From NCBI RefSeq assembly GCF_006345805.1, contig NC_042997.1, positions 1,240,001-1,304,000 of the forward strand: a DNA stretch of 64,000 bases, in the 5' to 3' direction. Positions 38,484 to 52,078 of this stretch are shown here, one piece after another. Position 1 is the first letter of the stretch, and each line of letters starts with the position of its first letter. The notes beneath the pieces are model-generated. The model worked only from the letters and a program-made list of their open reading frames with translations. It was not told the origin of the DNA and did not search any database. A program made the position numbers and the translations under genes. The DNA comes from Octopus sinensis. Lineage: Eukaryota.

Positions 38484-40545
38484 TTGCGAGCAATGTTTAC
38501 ATGTAGAGAACTCAGAAGCAGTGTTGTCTCAAAAGATTACCCTAAACAGACAGATCCATCCCCTAATATCAACGTTCAAGCTCGTCACGGATTCATGAAG
38601 ACAAAGCAGAATGCGAACGAGATCCGTCGTCACCCGGAACACAAAGGATCGTGTAGTGGAATAATGAAGCGGGTTCGAAACGAAAATTGAGCTACTGGTT
38701 CAAATCGAAACAGGAGCTTGAAGTACGCCACTACCGGAATATTCCAACAGTTGGTCATCCATGCTCGTCATCAAATAACCAAAAGAAAAATGATCTAGGA
38801 GAGATAATAAAGACGTTCCTATGGCCTTCTATCATGCCATATATTTCCCAACAAATAAATCTAATTCTGTAACAAACCTACTAAAACTGGAGAGAGAAAC
38901 ACATCAAGTAACACCCTACATAGACAATAAAAAAATCGCCAAAGTCAGAAGAAACATTATGAAAAAGAAATTACTAACTGAATTAGAAATTGACCAAATT
39001 AAACAATTAGTAATGGATAAAAAGAACGACGTTGCAGCTAAAGAAAATACTACAGAGGAAATAATTATAGACCAGCCCAGGCTTGATGAAAATACCATAA
39101 TGATTGAAAGAGTTAATGTTAATGATAAGCAAAGTGAAACTCTCTCTGAATCAACCATAAACACCACGGCAGATGAAAATGAAATACATGAAGTAAATAC
39201 ATGAGCCAACAGAACTACATAATCTAAATATCAAATAATGATTGAATGGCTGAAAATTAAAGAAGCCAGTATGGATGAACGCGGCACTCATCCAAGAAAT
39301 CGCAAATCTAACCAAAATCTTAAAATGATTGCTAAAATCAGCTTCTCAATTAAGGATAAAATTTCAGCTAATGATGTTGATAATCAGATGTTCAGATCTT
39401 AGCCACCTGTATTATGCATACATCAACATCTCAACGATTCTATGTGGTGAAAAGATTAGAAAACGACAACATTTGCACAAAAAGCAAACTTGACAAAAGT
39501 GTATTCAACATCAAATTCAGCTACTTTGGTCTGACAGAATGCTTAAAAATACCTTAAGTTTGACAAGACTATCAAACTAACAAAATTCCGAACATTAAAG
39601 AAAAATAGAATACGAACACTATATTTGCCATCGATACCACGATAGAAACCATCAAGCAAAAGCTATGTGCAAAAGCTATCCTCATAGCAAGGTATGAAAA
39701 GCGCATTAGATTATTCAAGTACAACAGCATGTTCAAAATTAATCCCCAAATGTTTTACTGGCAGATTGGGAAAATACTAGTTTCAGTAAAATATGTCCCA
39801 TCAAAAGAAGAAGCGCAGGAATTTTGGAATAAAATTTGGACAAAAGAAAAAAACACTCAAAGTGGGAGGTATCAATGTTGAGGATGTAAGAACTGCTCTC
39901 AGGAGGCCAACAAATGGAAGTCTCGAGGAAACGATAAAATTCCAAACTTCTGGTTGAATGCCTTCCCAGAGAGCCAGGAACTGCTACCAAAATTTTACAA
40001 TAATGTTTTGCAAAAACCTACTACGATTCCTACTAGGCTAGTTAATGGTGTAACATTCCTATTTTCAAAAAGTGAAGAAACAAATGAACCAAAATATTAT
40101 AGTCCCATAACCTGCTTCACAGCAATGTATAAAATGCAAACAACTCTTTTGACTGAATATACCAATATTTTTTTGATAGAAAATGGTATATTACCTGATG
40201 AGCAAAAATGATGTAAACGTGGTCCTATGGTTGTAAAGATCAGCTACTCATCAATACGATGAACATGGAAGATTGTCATAAACGATAGCCTGGATAGACT
40301 TTACAAAACATTTTTGATAGTCTACTATGTAACTGGATTAAGAAATGCATGAAAACGTATCAAATAGCTCTTACTCTGCGAAACTTTTGTCTGTAAGTAT
40401 GAGATCATGGAGAACCACATGAATCTGAACATTGACAATGAACCTCTTAAAGCTGGAGATGTAAGAATTTCATGTGGAATTTTCCAAGGTGATTCTCTAT
40501 CACCAATCAGCTTTTGTCTAGACTTAATACCTCTCTCGAAATTGC
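38484..40545 (+). pseudogene. R4/Dong-type non-LTR retrotransposon, N-terminus through RT motif 4, frameshifted and 3'-truncated
   Basis: KIAKVRRNIMKKKLLTELEIDQIKQ; KWKSRGNDKIPNFWL; PKYYSPITCFTAMYK...LPDEQK; GCKDQLLIN; WID; GIFQGDSLSPISFCLDLIPLSKL (~40477-40545). Confidence 0.88.
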
Positions 40546-40559
40546 ACAATACGTTTATA

Positions 40560-42252
40560 AAATGTTTGATGAAAATATAAAGAATTTGATAGTCTCAGGA
40601 AATATACGGAAATAAAATTGAAATTAAAAAAGATTACAACTTTTATGTTAGAAACTGCTTCACCACCACGTTTCTAGTGAAAACCCTACCACCAATGAGT
40701 TCGCTTTGCTTTGGATGGTCTTTTACCAACATTTTAATTGCATTACTGTTTGTACTTCTACTCAGTGCAGTATAAAGTTGTCCATGGCTGAATACTGCTG
40801 ATGGTAGGATGATGCCAACATTATTGACGCTCTCCCCTCGTGATATGTTTATAGCCATTGCAAATGCTGAAACTGTCTTCTATCCATAATAACGGTAAGA
40901 GTTGTCTCACTAGAGCGGAGGTTGATGCAATAAGTATTTTTCTATGAATGAAAAAATCCTTGATGGACAACACTAAGATCCAGGTCCAAATGAGAAACCT
41001 CTCATTTGTGGCATTAGCAAGGTTTTGTAAATGATCGGCAAGACCACGGTATTATTCTACTTTTAATCTCTGTTGATAGTCCTTTACAAAATTTGTATTG
41101 TTACTTTCAACTTGCAGGGAAGAGTCTACTAGTGATCGCTGGAAGAGCTTGCCTTTGTGGATAACTGAGTTGAACTCCCCATCTCTGACTGCTGTAAGAG
41201 ATACTTTATATTGAAGCATTGCAAAATGTTGCCTTGAGTTTGCTATATTTTTATACCAATCATTTGGTTGCCAGCCTGGCTCTCCATATAGAAAGAACAA
41301 TACATACGTCATTGGGTCGAGGCTGGGGCTAAGAATATTACAGACAGATTACAGAGACTTCATTGTTTCTTGGGTAAATCTTGAAATCTCTGTTGAATTG
41401 TGGCTTGCCGTCAGTATTGCTGAAGACAATAGCTATTAAATTAACTATTGGAAAATTGTATTCCGCCTATCAGCGGTGCGATCCCTGTTGAAGACTAAAT
41501 TTACGACTGACATAGGCTTCACTGCCTGTTGTACATGATGCTCTTCAAGCAGATCTATTTCTCGTAATGTCCTGTAAGATGTAACATGGACATTGTCCTC
41601 TCTGATAATCCTATCCAATCTGTGCCTCACTTCAGGTATACATATTTCATTTGCTGCATTTTGAGATAACACTGCGGTAGTTTGAACGATAACAACAACA
41701 TATAGTTGCACAAATTGCCTCTGCTGGGCCTCAACAGGATGCGAATTCCTGTGATAAACTCGGCCGTACACTATGAAGCAGTATGGAATTGGTCTTTGTG
41801 AGCACCTATTCATGCAAAAAATAGACCAGAGTTGTAAGACCTAATGTTTTCTTTGAAGTTAACATAATGTGGATGTTGAGGGTCTGACAACAGAACTCGT
41901 AAGTATGGAGCTAATTCTGTTCTAATCAGAGGCGGGGCATTCCTTTTATGGCAGCAATTTTAAAGGTATCTGTCTGATAGCCGTTCTGCAGCAAACTGTT
42001 TGGCTCTACAAAATTGACATAATGTGTTCACGTCCCAGTCGTTATAAACCTGAACATTCTCTCCATTATAAGTATGGTCATTTACTAAATTTACATGAAT
42101 TCCAACTCTTCGTACAACTCTCATGGAGTTCGCTTTCCGCTGCCTTCGATTATTTTTCGCTCTCTCGGTTCAGTATTAACTAAATCTTCTATTCTTCTCA
42201 CTCGCTCTCTGCGAACATTTGATTCTTCTTCAGTTTCATTCCCTAGTCTTAG

Positions 42253-42302
<50 letters not shown>

Positions 42303-43000
42303 TAGACCCTCTCTCCTCATTGCTGTTTGCTCTTCTGTTTCCCCTTGGCGCGTTTGCGATATTCTCTCTCTTTCGATTTCTCTCATTTGTGCTGCTTGCT
42401 CTTCCGTTTCATCTTGTTGCATTTGTGATGCTCTCATTCTTAGATATTCTCTCCTCTCTGATGCTTGCTATCCCGTTTCGTCTTGTCGCATTTGCAATGT
42501 TCTTATTCTTAAGTCTCTCTTCTCTCTTATTTGCTCTTCCGTTGCATCTTGGCGCCTTTGTGATGCTGTGATGTTTAGACCCTCTTCCCTCTCTACTGTT
42601 TCCTGTTCTCTTTAATCTTCGCGAATTTGTGCTGCTCTCTATCATTGGAAATCTCTCTTTTGTGCAATGAGGTTCTACTTTTCATTTTAACGTCTTCTAG
42701 CCTGTCGTCTTGCATCTTGTGCTTTTCTCTCTTTTCTCACTTCTTGTAATTGATTTAATTATATATTTTAAATTTTCTTCGCCTTTGTCTCTCTCTGGCC
42801 AGCTGTCACCTTCTCTCTGCTTCATTTTCCACAGCAGATGAAAGAGTATCAGGGAATGTATAACAAGCTTGGCTATCTAAATAAAATAAGAATATGCATT
42901 TTGGTGTTTAAATGCTTCTTTTTCTAAGAGGTACTATGTATTTTTTTCACAGATTCTAAACACACCACCAATATCGCATATCTTCTCCATGTTTTGGAGT
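40560..43000 (-). mobile_element. Helitron with a large internal deletion (N-terminal repeats, Rep N-terminus fused to the PIF1-like helicase C-terminus)
   Basis: E/Q/R repeats (42100-42700); PYCFIVYGRVYHR...QLYV (41445-41813); MTYVLFFLYGEPGW...GKLFQRSLVD...QQRLKVE (41052-41312); RRQF, AFAMAIN.SRG..VGI.LP..VFSHGQLYTALSR (40643-40900). The 5' boundary is uncertain and no 3' CTAG was found. Confidence 0.9.
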
Positions 43001-44570
43001 TATTCCCTACACATTCATATATATAGTAAACACTATCATAATATCATTAGATATAAAAATTATACTTTAGAAGTAAAGTATATATTTGAATGTATTTGCT
43101 CAGGAGGCTTAAAATTTTAGATATATTTTTGGAAACCGGAGTTTCCACTATCATCTCTAAGTATTCAAAGATCCGCTATTTTGATATGAAAATAAACACA
43201 GCACTAACTCTTTTAATTCGTTATGTGATCAAAGAAGTAATTGTCATTCAAATATATTGACTAATCTATCACAGAACGAATATCATGTTTGTGTCGTATT
43301 TATTCTTGTACCTCCCTGTCATCCTGAGTGCAATCCAATGAAATAGTTCTACTTATTCTTCGATTAGATTACGAAACTTTTCAGGAATGCAATCTAAGTG
43401 ACTACTGATATAATTGATGCTCCTGTTCCGCAAGGCTTATTAAATTTAGAGACAACGTAATCTATTAATTTAGAGTAGTTAACTGCTTAATGTTTATCGA
43501 GATTTATCCTGACAACGACAACAAACTAATACTATGCAAAGGACATAGAGTTAAGATTTAATGATTGATATCTAATCTTTTCCATAGGTTATCTTATTTA
43601 CAACCATCAAAGATAGCTGATTCCGTGCTCAGAGAATGAGCTGAAAGTAGTTACATTTTTGTTTGTATCTTTTTCGTAAGGCTGAAGTATTGAAATTAAC
43701 TAATTAATAAATTAATGCGAAGAGGTGAAATGGATATTGGTTTTTGAATTAGTGCTCCAAATATATCCAAAATATGCCGTGGAAATGGAAACTCATTGCA
43801 TGAAAAGTATTTATCATAAGAAGTGTGTTATTTCTCTAACTTTATTTCCAAAAATTAATGTGATTTTGGAAAACTATTATATGTAGCATAAATGCTCTAA
43901 ATATAGTTTTATCAATATAGTTGTAACATTTAATGCACGGAAATGTGTGCTGGCAACTATCATCGAAATCAAGTTCTTATCAGTGATGCTTACAATAATG
44001 TGCCTGTTATCAGTGACAGAACTGGCAAAAAGTACTGTGAATTTCGCGGGCTGTTATGTAATTTAACTTTGCTATTGATTCGATCGTTGAAATTGCTAGA
44101 AAATTACTGCGGTTGGTTTAATCAGCCAGACCTTCTCCCAAATGCACAGCTTTGTGCCTAGTGTACGAAGGGGACTGAAACATTCTTAGCTTTGGGTAAA
44201 AGAAAATATATGAGGATCAGTGAATTATAATTTTATTCAAGGTATTTCCCTCTAAGATTCACACACTTATTACAGCGATCCTTCAGTTTTTCTAAGAGCT
44301 TGGAAGCCACCAACAAGGCATTTCGCGAAGGTCTTAGAACCAAGAGATTTACAGCACTCTCTCGTATAAAAGATTATCAATAGAAGTAGGATAAAGTTAG
44401 AGACAATGATATTCAAACTGGGCCATCCATTAGTGAGAAGATTGTGAAAAGACAATCGAGGGAGAATGATTCTGTATTTATTTTTTTTACGTAAAGAAAA
44501 ATGCATCTCAATTGTGGCCACTCGAAAAATATGATCAATTAACTGATTAATTAAGAGAATAAAGATGAGT

Positions 44571-44687
44571 GGCAACTTGCGCAGGTGTCTTCTACTATAA
44601 CATCAGGCCGACCAAAGTCTTGTGAGTGCATTAGGTAGACGGAAACGAAAAGAAGCCCGTCCTATATATACATATATATATATATAT

Positions 44688-44719
<32 letters not shown>

Positions 44720-44751
44720 ATATATATATAAATGTATGTATGTACACACGT

Positions 44752-44782
<31 letters not shown>

Positions 44783-45040
44783 ATATATATATATATGTCT
44801 GTGTGTGTGTGCGTGCATGCGTATTTGTTTGTCTATCCCAGCACCACCGTTTGACAACCAATGCTGGTTTGTTTAAGGTGGTGTGTAATCTAGCAGTTCG
44901 GCAAAATATTTCGCTAGAATAAGTACCAGGCTGAAGAAAACGTAATTTGGTTGATTCGTCCGAATAAAATTCGTGAAGGAGGTGCCCCAGCATGGCTGCA
45001 ATTTAATGACTGATATAAGTAAGAAGTAATAGAAAAGATA
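44571..45040 (+). mobile_element. SINE family A-related, degraded, with a long internal microsatellite
   Basis: Body GGCCGACCAAAG..TTGTGAGTG...GGTAGACGGAAAC and tail GGTGCCCCAGCATGGCTGCA...GACTG. Confidence 0.75.
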
Positions 45041-46469
45041 AAAATGAATATTGGTCAAACCAGCTTCTTGGTCGAAGAAATTGATGGTATATTTCGAAGT
45101 ATGTTGCTGAAATTTCTAGTATATCTGTTGGCTGCATTGGAACTAGTAAAGAGAGGATCTTTATGTAAATATGTGTGTACGTCTAGAAAATATATGTAAG
45201 CGAGTAACAGTTTTAAAAATATTTATTGACGCAGCACAATGAAATTGGCGCATACGCAGCCAAGCTGAATAAATAACCAATAACAGAGTGTTCAGAAACT
45301 ATACATTAAATATACAACAAAATAAATTCAAGTAACACTGGGCAAATGTCAATACCAACATTTCAATCAAAAGCTAAAACCTAATCTCAGTTTTTTCATA
45401 TCAACTTTGCAATATTAAATAAAATTGCAAAAGTTTGTACGAAACATTTTTTTTTGTTTGACATACATATTCCAAATAAAATCCTGGGAACAATATATTT
45501 GGATACGTTTGTTTTGTCTAATAATAATTACAACGTGTATATTACATTTTAGTTATGTTTTTGATATAAGTTACTTATTCATTTTCTGTATCCCTATTAG
45601 TATCAAATTAAATGAAGTTAATATAACTCAGGAAATGGAAACGTCACAAAGCCTATAATATTTCCCCGTGAATATTTTCCTCTGCTGTTCTCACCCCACC
45701 GATAGTGATATGGTGGAATCAATTCTATATAACACAAGACTTGTAATGTATATAAATAAATATAGTATACAGTTCATGGATGTTCCTTCAAATGAAATAT
45801 TTAAAATTTATTGGTTCTCGTCGGAACTCTAGAATCGATTGTCGAAGCTAATATATAATTCAGTGTAATCTATCACAAACAAAAACGATATTCAGTGGCT
45901 AGATATTACGCCATAACCTAATAATCAGGAGATAAATATTCGACAATTTCATCAATATTTACTGTTTTCTACATGAATTACGTATATAATACTATAGGAT
46001 ATTTAAAAGAAACATATTTCCTCGATAATTCATTCCATTAACGACCTCAGAAAATCCCATATTATCAAAAGGATTGTCAGCGTTCTGACTGCCCTAAAGA
46101 AGACAAATACTAGAGTTTTAATAACTTTATTTTTAGCACAGATTAATGTTGATGACTTCTGCTTTGTAGAACATCATCAGTAATACGCTGGATGATATAA
46201 CTGTACTAGTCTTATACACAGAATCTGTTGCATTACAAACTATGATTGTAAAATTCTGAGGTTCGGAAATACAATAAATATACTTAAGAGATACCTCGTA
46301 TAATTTTAAATCTAAAGACATAAATATGTTTACCTCTCATTGATTATAAGAAAATCTCTAAAATTGGAGATGAAAAAATTCGCAACTGTTTCGTCAAAAG
46401 GTGGAATACTTTTTTCCTACAATGTAAGCTATACACCTGCCAATTCATGCATACGCACCGAAACGTGTA

Positions 46470-46528
<59 letters not shown>

Positions 46529-46580
46529 GCATATACATGCACACACACACGTGCAGGCATAAATATATATATATATATGG

Positions 46581-46649
<69 letters not shown>

Positions 46650-46869
46650 TAATTACACACATATACACACAGGTATATACATATATATATATATTTGTGT
46701 GTGTTTATATCTTAAATTTCAGAGAAACGTTTTGAATATGCAAGTCAAAAAGAGCTCCTATTCCGTTATACCGGCCAAGTCTAATGACGCTGATTCATGA
46801 ACCAGTTTTTGTGGGGTTGTATCGCATTGCACTGAAAAAATATAGGATAACTATTGTAATAATAATAAC

Positions 46870-47280
46870 ACTCCTTGAATGGAGTTTATAAATGTTTTAA
46901 TGTATCGCAACGCGCGTTTCCACAAATCACATGTCTCTTTAAATCACTGTACGTGTTCCGGGCGACGATTACAGTGTAGTCTGTAGTATCCGTGGGCATC
47001 GAATAGATACCATTCATGGATTCATTTCTTCATGCGATATAGCATTAATGAACTGAAGGTTATTTATAGCCTCTGAACTCTACGTGAATCATCCATTAAT
47101 TCTATATCTCATGAAGAAATGGATCCATGAAGGTTATCTACCCGATGCCCACGTATAATTTGGACTACAGTGTAATCATTCCAGAATATGGACAGTGATC
47201 TGAAGAGACGTGATTTGTGAAAACGCCTGTTGCAATGCTTTAAATTTAAAACATTTATAAATTACGTCCAAGAATACATA
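46870..47280. mobile_element. ~400-bp whole-length palindromic (foldback/MITE-like) element
   Basis: Arms pair throughout: TTTATAAATGTTTTAA (46885) with TTAAAACATTTATAAA (~47246-47261), CACAAATCAC with GTGATTTGTG, GATTACAGTGTAGTC (46967) with GACTACAGTGTAATC (47163-47177), CGTGGGCATCG with CGATGCCCACG. Confidence 0.8.
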
Positions 47281-47644
47281 CATATGTGTGTGTATGTGTG
47301 TTTGTGTGTGTGCTGGAGCGAGTGTGTGTATCACATTAAAGTGTTCGAGAAAAAATCGCGCTTGCTGAATTGTAAAAATATATTAAAAGAAGAAAAAAGC
47401 AGAGAAATCTTACTACACAAAATATTTACGAATTCGAATGGTTGTGCTTATGCTACTAATGATAAATGATAGGTTAGTGTTCCACGATAGTAGAAGAGAT
47501 CTTTTGTAAATGAATCGGTACACACATTTTACGTGAGGTAATCCATGTTTCTTATCAGTACTGACAGTTGAAACTGGAGACATTTTCAATGATTTACATA
47601 GTTATTTCTAAGAGTACATTCTTCTTTTCTTCCAGTGAACTGTA

Positions 47645-47795
47645 TACATGTATGTATGTATGTATGTATGTATGTATGTATGTATGTATGTATGTATGTA
47701 TGTATGTATGTATGTATGTATGCATGTATGTATGTATGTATGTATGTATGTATGTACGTACGTACGTACACATATACATACATACATATAAACAT
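47645..47795. repeat. (TATG)n microsatellite
   Basis: Directly visible. Confidence 0.95.
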
Positions 47796-47800
47796 ACATA

Positions 47801-48160
47801 GGTGCAGGAGTGGCTGTTTGGTAAGTAGCTTGCTTACAAAACACATGGTTCCTGGTTCAGTCCCACTGCGTGACACCTCGGGCCGACTAAAGCCTTGCAA
47901 GTGGATTTGGTAGACGGAAACTGAAAGAAGCCCGTCGTATATATGTATGTATGTGTGTGTATATGTTTGTCTGTGTTTGCCCCTCCAGCATCACTTGATA
48001 ACCAATACTGGTGTTTACGTCCCCGTAACTTAGCGGTTCGGCCAAAGAAACTGATAGAATAAATAGTAGGCTTACAAAGAATAAATCCTGAGGTAGATTT
48101 GGTCGACTAAAGGCGGTGCTCTAGCATGGCTGCAGTCAAATGACTGAAAAAGTAAAAGAG
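47801..48160 (+). mobile_element. SINE family A with a short deletion in the body
   Basis: GTGACACC|TCGGGCCGAC lacks the TTGGGCAAGTGTCTTCTACTATAGCC segment seen in other copies. The rest is homologous. Confidence 0.88.
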
Positions 48161-48179
48161 TGAAAGTGTATATATATAT

Positions 48180-49602
48180 CTTAAAATGTCAATAAAAGAA
48201 AATGGAGAAGAAAAACGTAAAAAATGCTTGGTTCATATTTGCATCGCAACTGGAGAAGTAATGCAAATAAAAAGATATACCTATAAGAACAAGTACAAAA
48301 AACAAAAAAATCCTCCGAAATTCTACATATGTTTCAATCCAATAGTATGTATGAATCTTCAATAATTGTAACTTCTATAAATGTAATAGCCGATATATTG
48401 TTAGATCTCTTCAGGAAAAATATGTATATTTTCCATCCTGAGTTACGAAATGACGAATTTGAGGACTCAGATCATGAAATTTCAAATGTAAACAACCTAC
48501 ATTTTAGGACACATGTGATTAGAAAACTATCATTTATAATTTAGCTAATACTGAACGTTGAAATTCTGCTAAAATATCAAATTTATTTGAAAACATTTAT
48601 TTATAAAGGTTTACGTGAGTGAGATGGTAGAGAGACGGATGTAACTTATGAGGAGTGAACTATATATATATATTTATATATTATATATTTTATATTATGG
48701 CGGTGCCCCAGCATGGCCACAGCTCATTAGCTGAAACTGGAAAAATCAAATATGTATGTGTGTGTGTGTGTATGTGTGTGTGCGTGTGTGTGTGTGTGTT
48801 TATTTATTATGGTAGTTTTGACTTTAAACGTCCCTCCTAGCGTATAGTAATGTCCTTAATATAAATACATATATTTAAGAGTAATAATGATGGATTTTTC
48901 CCTTCTGAGGTTTTTCACGGTAACTACTTGATAAATTCTTATAAAGATTTTATTCTATTTTTCAATTGTATATATCTATATCTATATCTATATCTATATA
49001 TATATATGTTATTCCTCCAATCTTTATTTACGTTTCCCAATCTAATTCTTTGTATATTTCACCCCTCCTGATAAGTTACATCCGTCTTTCTACGATCATC
49101 CTCACATAAACCTTGACAAATAAATGTATTCAATCTTAAATTTAAATATATTACTATATTTTTCAAATAAATTTGATGTTTTAGCCAAATTTCGACTTTC
49201 AATATTAGCTAAATTTTAAATGATAAATTTCTAGGAACATGAACTCTGCGTCCTAATATGTAGATTGTTTACATTTGAAATTTCATAAACATAGTCCTCA
49301 AATTCATCATTTCATAACTCAAGACCGAAAAATATACATAATTTCATAAAGAGATCTAATAATATATGTTTTGATACATTTATAGAAGTTCCAATTATTG
49401 ATGATTCAAACATACTGCTGGATTGAAACATATGTAGAATTTCTTTGGGGTGTTTTGTTGACGTGGTTCCTTTTATACTTGTTATTATAGGTATGCCTTT
49501 TAATCCTTTAATTTGAATTACTCTTCCAATTGTGATACAAATAATATGAACTAAGCATCTTTTATATTTTCCTTATTCATTTTCTTTTATTGACTTTTTA
49601 AA
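48180..49602. mobile_element. ~1.4-kb foldback element with ~480-550-bp diverged inverted arms (48180-48659 and 49058-49602)
   Basis: GTCAATAAAAGAAAATG with CATTTTCTTTTATTGAC; ATTCTACATATGTTTCAATCCA with TGGATTGAAACATATGTAGAAT; GAAATTTCAAATGTAAACAA with TTGTTTACATTTGAAATTTC; ACGGATGTAACTTAT with ATAAGTTACATCCGT. Confidence 0.85.
48699..48750 (+). mobile_element. ~50-bp SINE-tail-like mini-element following a TA-rich tract
   Basis: GGCGGTGCCCCAGCATGGCCACAGCTCATTAGCTGAAACTGGAAAAATCAAA. Confidence 0.75.
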
Positions 49603-49726
49603 TTTATGAGACTGTTTATTCATATATATTGAGGAACTTTCTATCAATATATTTGGTTAAACCCACTTGGCATCTGTATTGTTTGTTAACATTCCCTTAT
49701 TGGGATATTTCTTCCTTAAATTCTGT

Positions 49727-49806
<80 letters not shown>

Positions 49807-50354
49807 CTTCGAGCCCTTCTGTATGTTTATTCCTTATATATTGCGATTTCCTTGTAAGTGATATATATCATTTTCTTACTCCATTCAAGGTGAGAAATTG
49901 TCTTAAAGGGAAAAAATTTCATAACGTACAATTTGTATGTTGACACTCTAATCTGCACGTATTCTCGTAGTTTTTGATTTCTTAAGCATATTTTTATACA
50001 TTATAAATCATTTCAAACTTATGCGTTGTTATTGGCGTCTTAACGATGTTAACGTTGTATGAATTGCGATTGTGGCAATTCTTATTCATACAAGCAAAAT
50101 GTAATAAATATTCCTCCATAATTTTCATGTGGCGCATTGCAACTTGTGAATAATGTGTAATCTCTATTGTGAACCTAATGTTTTTGCTCCACTTCGACAA
50201 GCGTTCAGATCAAATACCGATTATTTTTCTTCATCAATATACTCTTTTCATTTCCCACAATAAATATATTCTGTAGAATATTTTTTCCATTTTGATTCAA
50301 ACTGCAAAAATTTTAGACTAGTCCTCGATGTAGTTTGGGAGAAATATCTAATAT

Positions 50355-50557
50355 TGATTTCAAAATTTGGTACAAGGGCAGCAATTTCGGGGGAGTTGAT
50401 ATGTCGATTACACCGACTCAGTGTTTTACTAGCCTTTATTTTATCGACACAGAAAGCATGAAATGCAAAGTCCATCTGGGCGGAATATGAACTAACGACA
50501 GACAAAATGCCGCGAAGCATTTTGCCCGGCCTACTAACAGTTCTGTCGGCTCGACGC
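50355..50557 (-). mobile_element. SINE family C, degraded
   Basis: Minus strand GCGTCGAGCCGACAGAACTGTTAG...CCGGGCAAAATGCT...ATTCCGCC...GACTTTGCATTTCAT, homologous to 58827-59057. Confidence 0.65.
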
Positions 50558-51696
50558 TTTGGAGGAGTATCTAATATTAAGCGGGCAAGCATTTCAGTGA
50601 TGAGAAGATGATGTAATAATTATAAAAGATTATTATATGCGAATACAATTCAAAATTGTCGAAGATACTCTATCTGTTCACGATTATTCAAGGTAAGTTG
50701 TTACTCTAATGTTATAGCAAATTATTAAATAGGTTGAAGGATTCGACGAAGGCGGAGCATCAGTTCTCATTTTCTTTTCGATGAAAATACAAAGATGAAA
50801 TATATTTTGATGATATAGAGATATAAATAACGGTTACAAATGAAGATGATGAATAACTGTAACAAATGCTTTTTTTTATAGCAATTTTAATTCGCAATTT
50901 GGAAGGATGGTAAACAGAGGGTAAAAGAAGTCTGCCATTCCAAAGATGAAGCGAAAAATAACTGACCATTCCACATTTTACAATCCTTAACTGATACGAA
51001 TCTATTTGTTATCATATATATCAATCTTTTATCATCTACCTTTCCGGTGCTAACTTGCCATGAGCTAACTGTACTTAGTCTACCGAAGTGAGAACTAAGA
51101 TCTTAAGGTGAGGGTAGCATGTCAGAAAAAAGTAAGCTGCTGTTGATACATACATCTTAAAGATATTTTCCGTAATATGTTTGAAGCAAATATGAAAACA
51201 AGTGAGTTTATACCATCACAGTCTGAAAAGAATTCAGCAGTACATGTAATTCAGAAAAAGGCTCTGCAAAAAGAAAATACTTTAGGACAGTTTTGTCAGA
51301 GTGTTCCGGAGTTAAGAACTATATTGATATAAACGGCAGATAACAATGAAATAATATATTCATTCGACACTTATGTTGATAAATTCCATGGACACATGGA
51401 AGGTAAAACACAGTAGCAACGGAATCGCTTCCACCGGGATAGAAAATTATTTGAATGCCACTATTAATGATAACATAACGAAAATGACTCATGGGCCGGT
51501 TGTGTCAAATTGGTTTTTCACTAGAATCATAATTTTATTAAAAACATATTAACTTTCCATTATTTCATTAATACGCTGCTTTATTTCATATGCATATTGT
51601 TTATACTTGCCAAGACAACTAACTACAAAGATACCCGAGAATATTTATGCCATGTTGTAATGCTTAGGGGATGGCGATTTAGGAATTTATGTCTAA

Positions 51697-52078
51697 CTAG
51701 CAGTATCGCCCGGCGTTGCTCGGGTTTGTAAGGGAAATAACTATAAAGCATTTTTAGAGAGTTATAGCCAAAAAATAGCAAAAAAATGGAAAAAAAAAGA
51801 TGGTAAAATTTTTGAGAGTTAAAAAGATCGAGTTGCGTCCCCTAGACAGTCTGTGGTTTGTGTTTCTGATTCTCGACCCCATGTCGAATTTATCGAGTTT
51901 TTTCAGAACTGGGGGAACTTTTCAAAATTTTCGCTGCGTTAGTTTTGAATTATGACATTGGGCTATGTGTGTGTCAAGTTTCATCAGAATCGGTTGAAAG
52001 CCGTGGTCAGGGTGAGGGTACAAACTAACAGACACACAGAAACACACACAGACAAACTGCCGTTTATATATAGAGAGA
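51697..52078 (-). mobile_element. Complete 382-bp non-autonomous Helitron
   Basis: On the minus strand: A|TC 5' end (52078), 3' hairpin CCCGAGCAACGCCGGG, then CGATACTG and CTAG|T (51697). Inserted between A and T with no target-site duplication. Confidence 0.88.
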
